DNA of 38,487 bases from Planctomycetota bacterium (GTDB lineage Bacteria > Planctomycetota > Planctomycetia > Planctomycetales > Planctomycetaceae): contig JAQBZS010000001.1 in NCBI GenBank assembly GCA_027622115.1, forward strand, positions 1 through 38,487, in the 5' to 3' direction. The notes under the pieces were generated by a model. It was not told the DNA's origin. It was given only the letters and a program-made list of their open reading frames with translations, and did no database searches. The position numbers and the translations under genes were made by a program. Numbering within the stretch: the first letter of the stretch is position 1; every line of letters begins with the position of its first letter. Of the stretch, positions 9,801 through 17,185 are shown in pieces.

Positions 9801-10025
9801 GCGATGTCCGCCGGTGAACCGGGCAAGGAAATCCTATACCCGATCGCCACAGTCATTCTTGGTGGGTTGTGCAGCAGCACGCTGTTGGAGTTTTTTGTTC
9901 GCCCGGCCTTGTTCTGGAAGTTTGGTCGCAAAGCGGGCGAACGATTGATCGCAACGTCGTTTGCCGAAGTCGACCTCGTGGAAGAGAAGGACAGCGTCCC
10001 CAAATCAAATTATTCCGCCCACTAA
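6822..10025 (+). CDS. CusA/CzcA-family heavy-metal efflux RND transporter
   Basis: 1067-aa ORF. The N-terminus '[29 protein letters not shown]...[26 protein letters not shown]' is typical of CusA/CzcA. The TM4 motif is '[16 protein letters not shown]'. There are 12 TM-like hydrophobic blocks and two large periplasmic loops. Confidence 0.92.
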   Translation: [1067 protein letters not shown]

Positions 10026-10076
10026 CGTCCCTGGTACTACAACTCTGCGTTTTGTTGTTTTCCTGCACATTTTCCA

Positions 10077-10097
10077 CCACTGACCCTGTGTCAGTGG
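10077..10097. repeat. small palindromic hairpin CCACTGAC-N5-GTCAGTGG
   Basis: 8-bp perfect stem with a 5-nt loop, 52 nt after the RND stop. No U-tract follows. Confidence 0.6.
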
Positions 10098-10245
10098 AGA
10101 AATGACTGACTGCTACTACTACCGAACGTCCCACGCTCGACCACGCCAAGATGAAGTGGAACATGACCCAGAGAATGTGTTGGATTGATTGTGTCGGCCC
10201 TTCGGGCCTAACCGCCTTGGTTGCCGGCTGACCGGTCGAATGCGT

Positions 10246-10266
10246 CCACCGACGCAGGGTCGGTGG
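10246..10266. repeat. small palindromic hairpin CCACCGAC-N5-GTCGGTGG (second copy)
   Basis: It has the same architecture as 10077-10097. The one difference is a compensatory pair change (T-A to C-G). Confidence 0.6.
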
Positions 10267-10424
10267 TGCGAAAACTGGTCATCGTGTCCATGCCAGTTCT
10301 CACAGTAAATACGGTTTAGATTTAGAAAGGAGCAGCGATCCAATGAGCCAACCATAAGCACCAGCAATTCGCGTTCGATTCGAAGACCCTCACTCCTTCA
10401 AACCACGACACGAAAGTCAAAACC

Positions 10425-10943
10425 ATGAAAACGACAATTGCACTCATGACCGCTGTGGGCCTGACCGGCTTGATGCTTGGCTGCGGCGATGCCAAGTCGG
10501 GTTCCAAGTCGGATTCCAAGTCCGCTTCCGCAGCACCGGCCGCTCATCCCACCGAAGGCCCGCATCATGGGCATCTCATCGAACTTGGAAAGGAAGAGTA
10601 CCATGCTGAAGTCACGCATCCGGAAGACGAGAAAGCCATCACCATTTACGTCCTCGATGCTTCCGCCACGAAAGCCGTCCCGATCGATGCGGCGGATGTC
10701 GTGATCAACGTCTCGCACGATGGAACTCCGGAACAATTCAAGCTGACGGCATCTCCCGACACGGGTGATCCGGCAGGCAAGTCCTCGCGATTCGTCTCCA
10801 CGGACGCAGAGTTGGTGGAACACTTCGGCGAGGCATTCATTCACGGGACATTGGTACTGACGATCAACGGCAAATCGTTCCGCGGCGAAATCGACATCCA
10901 TCACGACGGCAAGCCGCATGACCACAAGACGAACAAGGACTAA
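10425..10943 (+). CDS. His-rich lipoprotein (putative periplasmic metal-binding protein)
   Basis: 172-aa ORF. It has a lipoprotein signal 'MKTTIALMTAVGLTGLMLGC' followed by a Ser/Lys-rich linker. His clusters are 'HPTEGPHHGHLIELGKEEYHAEVTHPEDE' and 'DIHHDGKPHDHK'. Confidence 0.7.
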   Translation: MKTTIALMTAVGLTGLMLGCGDAKSGSKSDSKSASAAPAAHPTEGPHHGHLIELGKEEYHAEVTHPEDEKAITIYVLDASATKAVPIDAADVVINVSHDGTPEQFKLTASPDTGDPAGKSSRFVSTDAELVEHFGEAFIHGTLVLTINGKSFRGEIDIHHDGKPHDHKTNKD

Positions 10944-11169
10944 CTAAACCACACTAACCTGAACCCCTAGGCGTCGCCGTCGGCCCACAGCACTTGATTG
11001 CCGAGCGGGCCGTCGCTGTGATTGAGCAGCGTCATCATTTCCCGAGTCGCTGCGATGCCGTCTCGTGAATCCCAGGGCTTGAGTGTGTTGTCAGATGAGG
11101 CGGAGAGTCGACATCACAGATCATCACAGATCGCCACGATGCCGCCCAACATCTTGACGCTCGCGATGC

Positions 11170-12552
11170 TCAAGCCATGAACTGCTCGATCGCGCCCGTT
11201 TGTTGCATCTTCTTGCGCGACATCTCCAGATCGAGATCGCCGTAATGCTCGATCGGATTGCCATAGGCGTTTAGGAGTGTTGTGAACCAGTTACTCAGCG
11301 TCTTATGCCCTGCGGTCGCATGGAACGGCAAGCGAATATACCGGCCAGCAATATCCAGCTTCGATTTCTTGCCCGTCATGACCACCATCGGCGCTTCGGT
11401 ATCAGGCCCGTGGTGTCCGCCTCCTGTTTCCGGGAAATAGATGATCGTCGTGTTGTCGAACATGCTGCCGTTGCCTTCGGGAATGGATTTCAGCTTCGTA
11501 ACGATCTTCGCGACCTGAGCCATATGGCTGGCCTTGACAATGCCTCTAAGTTCAATATCCGTGCTGTGTCCCAAGCGGTGAAGATCCACTCGACCGGAAT
11601 TACCGGGTAGCGTCGTAATCGGCGTCCCCAGATCATCAATGGTGTAGGTGACAACGTTTGTTAAACCCGAGATCAGCGCCGCAAGCATGACATCGGTGAA
11701 CGCATCCTGTTTTTCGATGAGGCTGGCATTGGGACCACCGTTGGTGTGGATCGGATCGAGCGTCGGCAGGTTCATGGAGATGACGCGTGAAAGCGAAGCC
11801 ACTTTTTCATTTCGCTCGCGGATCGATCGGATCGAATCGACATGGTTGCTCACTTTTCTCCGCTCTTCACCATCGAGCCCCTTGAGTCGCCGGCCTTCCT
11901 GTTCGCGCAGGTAATCCAGAAGCGTGTTGTCAGAATCGACGGCACTGGAATTCGTGACCGACTTGAACAGTTCGTCGTAAGCGGTTTGAGGGTCGGCGTA
12001 GCAGAAGTTCCGTTGATGCTCGGCTGGTGCCGAGAAGCCGGAGACGATGCCGGTCCTGAACGCCACCGTTCCCGAACCCGAGGCCAAAGACAACTCAACA
12101 TGGCCAAAGGGAGAGGGGAACAGCCTGGCCAGTTCAAAGTCGACGGTCGTTCGCTTGATTCCGCTGATCACGTTTCGACCCGCTTTGTACGCTCCCATAC
12201 ACCCTGAGAATGAATAGTGACCGCCACCGCTCACGGCCATCGAGATGCCGTGTAGAATGGTCATATTCTCCTTGTGGCCGTCCAGCACTCGCAGCCAGCC
12301 CGGAAGCTCGTGCTTGTCGAGGTCTGCCTCAAAGGCTTCCTTATTCTGATCCTTCTTTTTCTGTTCATCAGAGAATGTGGAGAGCGAAAACGTCTTCGGT
12401 AAGTTCCCGTTTGATTTTCTGATAAAGATGAAGCGATGGGGATCTTCGTTTTGACGTTTTGCCGCGAGCAGGTGGTCAAAAGAAGGCGTGATCGCCAGAG
12501 TCCCGGCACCCAGTGCGGAGGATTGCAGAAACTGCCGTCGGTTGGTTGCCAT
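11170..12552 (-). CDS. DUF1552 domain-containing protein (Tat signal)
   Basis: 460-aa ORF. 'MATNRRQFLQSSALGAGTLA' is a Tat-like signal. The 'FPETGGGHHGPDTEAPMVVMTGKKSKL' region is typical of DUF1552. The gene is paired with a DUF1592/DUF1588-type gene immediately upstream, the usual planctomycete arrangement. Confidence 0.8.
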   Translation of the reverse strand: MATNRRQFLQSSALGAGTLAITPSFDHLLAAKRQNEDPHRFIFIRKSNGNLPKTFSLSTFSDEQKKKDQNKEAFEADLDKHELPGWLRVLDGHKENMTILHGISMAVSGGGHYSFSGCMGAYKAGRNVISGIKRTTVDFELARLFPSPFGHVELSLASGSGTVAFRTGIVSGFSAPAEHQRNFCYADPQTAYDELFKSVTNSSAVDSDNTLLDYLREQEGRRLKGLDGEERRKVSNHVDSIRSIRERNEKVASLSRVISMNLPTLDPIHTNGGPNASLIEKQDAFTDVMLAALISGLTNVVTYTIDDLGTPITTLPGNSGRVDLHRLGHSTDIELRGIVKASHMAQVAKIVTKLKSIPEGNGSMFDNTTIIYFPETGGGHHGPDTEAPMVVMTGKKSKLDIAGRYIRLPFHATAGHKTLSNWFTTLLNAYGNPIEHYGDLDLEMSRKKMQQTGAIEQFMA

Positions 12553-12641
12553 GGTTTAGTTCCTTCGTAGTAGTTTAGTTTTCGTAGCCACGCTCGCCAG
12601 AGCGTGGTTTGGCTACGCGATCCACCGTCCGGCGACGGTAG
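12553..12641 (-). other. structured intercistronic spacer (two hairpins plus a 15-17-nt tandem duplication covering the RBS)
   Basis: GTTTAGTTCCTTCGTAG (12554-12570) is repeated as GTTTAGTTTTCGTAG (12573-12587). One hairpin pairs CGTAGCC+ACGCT (12583-12594) with AGCGT...GGCTACG (12601-12617). A second hairpin is ACCGTC-CGGC-GACGGT (12624-12639). Confidence 0.55.
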
Positions 12642-15600
12642 CTACATGTTCTTGCGGTAGATGAATGAATCGGATGTTAAGAGTGATACGATGACCGCGT
12701 CGAAGCTGCCGCCGCTGTCGAGGTAGGCCCGTTCCGCATCGATCAAAGTCTTTGAATCCGACAGCACTTCGTTACGCCCCAGAAAATAGCGAAAGGCGTG
12801 GCGGATGATGGACTGCCGGACCCTTGCGGACTTCGCCAGTCGCTCAGCCAGCTCAATCGCATCATTAACTTTGCCATCGAGCGACGGATCGTCCGTGCCA
12901 TCGAGGACGCCCTCGGGATCGACCGGCAGCGTCTTGTAGGTCGGTCGACCGTCGACATGTAGGCCCCTTTCTCGGGAAGCCGGTTTGATCAGATTCTCTG
13001 GATGTTCGATGCGTTCCTGCGTGCGGAAGCGGCCGAAGTCGTCGTACATCTCGAACGGCAAGCCCAGTGGATTCATTTTCTTGTGGCAATTCCAGCAGTA
13101 GTCATTGCCGGTTGCCTTGTCGAGCCGCTGACGTAGCGTCTTGTGATGGTCCTCCGGGACAACTGCGTCGACTGTGATCGGTATGTCGGGAATCGTGCCG
13201 GCGAGCAGTTTTTCGCGGATCCACTTACCGCGGCGGACCGGGTCGGTCTCCAGGTTCAGCGAGTGGGCGATCAGCCAGGCCGGGTGCGTGAGCATGCCTC
13301 TTCGATTCGGCATCTTTGCCGGCTGAGTCGTGGGATAATCCCAATTCGCGTAATCGATATCGAACAAGCGACCGACATCTTCGCCCCGCATTCGCGTGCC
13401 CGTCCGCGACGCCGCTTCGCCCTTGTTCCAGTAGGCCAATGGAATCCCGTCATAAGGCGCGGCCGCTGTCTGGCCCTTCCCAAAGCGAAACTCGTAGCTT
13501 GTCATCAGGGTTTTGAATGATCGAACCCAGCCCTTGCGGCGTTTGGTTTCGAAGTCTGAGAACAGCGTTCCCATCATCTTCATCTCTTTGATGAAATCCC
13601 AGTGCTCGTAGAGCTGTTCTTCGGTGAAGTTCTTCCAGTCATAGTTTTTGAAGTAGTCGTAGATCGTCCGCAGGCGATCCGATGCGGCTTTCATCGCCTC
13701 ATTGTTGCCCGAGTGGTAGACATAAAACTCTTCGGTGGTTAAGAGTTTTTCAAAGACGTTCTTATCCTTCTGCAGGATATGGTCGACCAGCATGTCGGCC
13801 TCATCGATCAGCCGCCCTTTGACATTGTCATATTGTACTCCGTTACTTAAGCGGGCATCGTCCTTAAAGATGGTCATGGCTTTTGTGTAACCGAAGAACT
13901 CCCTGAAGAACCGTAGCTTTCGGATCGGGGTGTTGGTGATGCTCGCGTTGAATCCGGCCTTTTGGACCGCTTCGTCGATGATGTAATACTGATCCCGCCG
14001 CTTGAGCATGCGGATCACTTCACGCTGATAGTCTTCACGTGTGTTGAGCTGGCCTGCCTTCACCGCAGCGAGCAGTTCGGCGTCAGGGCTGCTGTCTGTC
14101 AGTGCGTAGGCGAGCGCATAACTGGCATCACGCGGCGACATCATGCGTCGACCATGCTCATCGGCGAAGCCCTGCCCGAACTCATGGCGATAGACGACTT
14201 CCGAACTCAGGATCAGTGTCTCAACCAGTTTGGCGATCGCTTGTTGATTACCCAGCGTCTGCATGTACGTCCTGGTCAGCGCGACCTTTTCCTGCGTCTC
14301 TTGCTCTGTTGGCTCGCGCTCATGGATCTTGGCAAAGAGTTCGTCCACCAAGTCGCCGATCTGTTGCTCGTTCGCCTGCCCCGCCGCGATACGCTCGGCC
14401 TTGAACGACGCTTCCCAGTCATTCAGGCACTTTTCGATGATCTGCTTATAACGATCGCCCTGCTTGCGGTGCTTCAGGATCGATGTCGCGATGATTTCCA
14501 TTTCCGCATCAGATAGAGGCTTATATGTCGGCGGCTGAATGTTCTTCTTGCGGATATCTTCGTAAACGAGCGACATATCCCATTGTTTGGCGAGCACATT
14601 CATGATCCGGACGCGCATGCGGACGCGTTTCTCGTGAATGCCGAAGGTAAACCAATCCTGTTCGCACTTCTCGATGACCTGCGCGAGTGTGACGCCTTCT
14701 CGCTTATACATTCCCACGCCGAGATAGATCGCGTGCATATCCTGCGCTTCGTACCGGTCTAGCAAGCCGACATTGTCGCGCTTGATCGAATTGCCCTTCG
14801 AATCGGTGTAGTCCGGTATCTCTTCCACCTGCATCCCGACAAACTTGGGCAGCAGGGATTCGTGTTTTCCTTCGTAGATATCCTTCGTGATTCTCTCGAT
14901 GTGGTTGTTCAGGAATTGCTCCCTCGATCGCAGAGTTTCCCGATGCGCAAGCTCCATCTTCATGATGCGATACATCGCTGGGTAGTGCGTTTGCATCGCC
15001 TGCTCAGAGGACATGTAGGCGGAGATCTTCCGGGCGTTGGAGATCATTGTCAGCAGGTGGCCGCCGGTCAGCGCGGTCGTGTCGTAGTAACGCACGCCGA
15101 TATTCGCCGGCAGGAGGAAGGGGTTGGTGATGCTCTGCCGCAGGCTGTGGCCCCCGAACCTTGTACCGATATTGACTCCGTTGTCGCCGATGACGTTCAT
15201 CTTGACGCCATCAATGGTTCTTACGCCGGGATGGTCAATGAGCCGATTGACCTTCGCATCGAAAATGAACTCGCTGATCAACCATCGGCGGTCGCGCGTG
15301 AAGCCTTTGAGCTGCGCGTACTCTCCGGAGAACAGTTTCTCATGATCGACGTAGTTGCCGTATTCCGGTTTACGAAGTTTCTCGTGCAGCTTGGAAGCGT
15401 TGTGTTTCTTAAGTTCAGCAGATGTCCACGCCAGCATTCGTGACCGCTCTGCCTCCGTCGGTTGCCCGACTTCCGTGGGCGGCATTAGTCCGAAGAACAG
15501 TTGCTCCTGGACTTGATTCAAGAGATCAAGACGCTCGTCCTGTTTCATCCCGGACAGCAAATCCAGCCGCACGGTGCCTTTGGTCGTGTCGGCCCCGTGG

Positions 15601-15734
15601 CAATCGACGCAACGACTCGTCAGGAACGACCGAATGTCATTCGGTACGACGAACGAATCCGATGTATTCTGGCCAAAAGAGGTCGAAATCCACGTCCAGA
15701 CAACGACGAAAACGAAAACTTTGAACGGCTGCAT
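12642..15734 (-). CDS. planctomycete cytochrome-c-like multidomain protein (DUF1587/DUF1592/DUF1595/DUF1588/DUF1585, PSD/PSCyt type)
   Basis: ORF 12642..15773, with the start moved to the ATG at 15734 (signal-like 'MQPFKVFVFVVVWTWISTSFG'). The N-terminus has 'CVDCHG'. The C-terminus has 'CWNCHKKMNPLGLPFEMYDDFGRFR' and 'IRHAFRYFLGRNE'. The partner DUF1552 gene lies downstream. Confidence 0.8.
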   Translation of the reverse strand: MQPFKVFVFVVVWTWISTSFGQNTSDSFVVPNDIRSFLTSRCVDCHGADTTKGTVRLDLLSGMKQDERLDLLNQVQEQLFFGLMPPTEVGQPTEAERSRMLAWTSAELKKHNASKLHEKLRKPEYGNYVDHEKLFSGEYAQLKGFTRDRRWLISEFIFDAKVNRLIDHPGVRTIDGVKMNVIGDNGVNIGTRFGGHSLRQSITNPFLLPANIGVRYYDTTALTGGHLLTMISNARKISAYMSSEQAMQTHYPAMYRIMKMELAHRETLRSREQFLNNHIERITKDIYEGKHESLLPKFVGMQVEEIPDYTDSKGNSIKRDNVGLLDRYEAQDMHAIYLGVGMYKREGVTLAQVIEKCEQDWFTFGIHEKRVRMRVRIMNVLAKQWDMSLVYEDIRKKNIQPPTYKPLSDAEMEIIATSILKHRKQGDRYKQIIEKCLNDWEASFKAERIAAGQANEQQIGDLVDELFAKIHEREPTEQETQEKVALTRTYMQTLGNQQAIAKLVETLILSSEVVYRHEFGQGFADEHGRRMMSPRDASYALAYALTDSSPDAELLAAVKAGQLNTREDYQREVIRMLKRRDQYYIIDEAVQKAGFNASITNTPIRKLRFFREFFGYTKAMTIFKDDARLSNGVQYDNVKGRLIDEADMLVDHILQKDKNVFEKLLTTEEFYVYHSGNNEAMKAASDRLRTIYDYFKNYDWKNFTEEQLYEHWDFIKEMKMMGTLFSDFETKRRKGWVRSFKTLMTSYEFRFGKGQTAAAPYDGIPLAYWNKGEAASRTGTRMRGEDVGRLFDIDYANWDYPTTQPAKMPNRRGMLTHPAWLIAHSLNLETDPVRRGKWIREKLLAGTIPDIPITVDAVVPEDHHKTLRQRLDKATGNDYCWNCHKKMNPLGLPFEMYDDFGRFRTQERIEHPENLIKPASRERGLHVDGRPTYKTLPVDPEGVLDGTDDPSLDGKVNDAIELAERLAKSARVRQSIIRHAFRYFLGRNEVLSDSKTLIDAERAYLDSGGSFDAVIVSLLTSDSFIYRKNM

Positions 15735-15781
15735 TTCGATATCTTTGTATTGATTGGCGGCACGTTGCGGCAAAACGTCAC

Positions 15782-16450
15782 TTACTCCTCGGCGATGAGT
15801 TTCTCGATCAGCTTACGCAGGTTCTGAACCTGAAACCGCAGGCTGTTGGGATCTTAACCGGTCTGGAAGGGGTCCACATGGGTCCCCAAGTAGTTTCCGC
15901 CGAAATAACCAGGACGCAACCCGATGCTCATGGCATACGGGATGGCGACGAGAGGCGGCATTCCTTCACGCCGTGCTCCAGCGAGCTGCGTGGCGATGCC
16001 GCCGAAGAACGGATACTTGCCGGCATTCATCGCTCCGCTGACACCGCCTCGGCCGGTCAGCATCCAGTGCCCGCCGGTGAAGTGATCGCCCGAATTGTGA
16101 TGCACGGAACGCAGCAGCGAGAACTTGTCCGCCACTTAGGATTGCAGCGGAAACATCTCCGTGACCTGCATCCCGGGCACGTTTGTCTCGATGGGCCGCC
16201 AAATCCCAGCGTACTCAGTCGGAGCTTCGGGTTTGGGATCGTAAGTGTCGTGCTGGCTGGGGCCGCCATCTAACCAGATCAAGATCACGGAAGTGGATTT
16301 TGAACTACCGGCCTTGCGAGCGGCTTCGCGTGCCTAGAGGATCGACGGCAGCGAAAGCGTGCCCAAACCAGCCATTCCAATTTGCAGGAAACTCCGCCGC
16401 GAGTACCCATCACAATACCGGCGTCGATCCGAACCGTTGATTCTCAACAT
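15782..16450 (-). pseudogene. DUF1501 pseudogene: three in-frame nonsense codons and 3' truncation
   Basis: A single frame from the ATG at 16450 reads 'MLRINGSDRRRYCDGYSRRSFLQIGMAGLGTLSLPSIL*AREAARKAGSSKSTSVILIWLDGGPSQHDTYDPKPE...FPLQS*VADKFSLLRSVHHNSGDHF...DPFQTG*DPNSLRFQVQNL...'. The stops are TAG at 16334-16336, TAA at 16136-16138 and TAA at 15854-15856. The reading ends at 15782 after ~222 codons, against ~430-480 for intact copies. Confidence 0.8.
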
Positions 16451-16522
16451 CACCAACCACAGGGAACGATTTGGCAAACACAAGCACCTGATTCTAATTC
16501 GAAAGAACGTTTGGACGCTACT

Positions 16523-16571
16523 CGTGGCTGGGGCTTCCAGCCGCAGCACCGTGGCTGGAACTTCCAGCCGC
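16523..16571. repeat. tandem pair of 22-nt hairpin units (period 27 nt)
   Basis: CGTGGCTGGGGCTTCCAGCCGC (16523-16544) and CGTGGCTGGAACTTCCAGCCGC (16550-16571). Each folds as GGCTGG-N5-CCAGCC, and the two differences fall in the loop. Confidence 0.6.
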
Positions 16572-16644
16572 CCCCCCACTCGGCCAAAAGTCGAACCGGG
16601 CTCCACCACCGCCCCATTCGACCGAGCCGAAGTGCGCGCGGAGA

Positions 16645-17132
16645 ATGGGCACGTACAATGAATTCGATCTCGGCGCGTGGTCACTGCAAGTCGTGGCTGA
16701 CCGGATTGATACAGAGTATGTTGGTGGAGTCGTCACGGTGGAACTGAGCGGTGACATAATCGAGACGACCGCCGGCCATCCCTTCTGGGTCGTTTCCGGC
16801 GTGGGATTGGAACATCGCGGCATACCCGCAGAACTTCAGCAGGGAGAAGACGAAGGACGGGCACTGAAGACAAATGGGTGAGTGCGAGTGAGCTTTTGGA
16901 AGGGGTTTGGCTGTTCTGTTTTGACGGCCGCCGTCGGCGAGGCTTCAACTCGGAGACACCCTCCGTTCGCGAAGTCGGCCTCGAAAGGCAAAACAATGAG
17001 CTGCGTCGGACGAAGCCCTTTCATTCACCATCGATTCCGGCACGTTCCAAGACGCCGGCAAGCCAAGTCACCTTACCCGGTCACGGCGTCGGAAAGGCGA
17101 CGGCGGGCGACATGGACGGGCATGGCAACTGA
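16645..17132 (+). pseudogene. Hint (intein-like/polymorphic-toxin type) domain remnant, frameshifted
   Basis: Frame 1 reads '...VVTVELSGDIIETTAGHPFWVVSG...' and stops at 16879-16881. The expected continuation 'WVSASELLEGVWL' is in another frame from about 16875. There is no N-terminal part of a Hint domain or any parent protein. Confidence 0.4.
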
Positions 17133-17185
17133 TCCTACGTTGATCCAATCACACATCGCTTCTGCATGCCGAGCTTGGAGTCAGC

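Noticed and set aside
10967-11113. A short minus-strand reading frame, '...LKPWDSRDGIAATREMMTLLNHSDGPLGNQVLWADGDA*', that looks like the C-terminal tail of an enzyme. A tandem ATCACAGATC x2 lies just upstream, at about 11114-11134.
   Set aside because: It has fewer than 50 codons, no plausible start and no recognisable family. It may be a gene remnant, but I cannot support a call.
15854-16336. The three in-frame stops in the DUF1501 pseudogene as recoding sites (selenocysteine or pyrrolysine), considered because selB is in the window.
   Set aside because: The stops are TAG, TAA and TAA, and none is TGA. No pyl genes or SECIS-like context are visible. The gene is also 3'-truncated, so decay is the simpler explanation.
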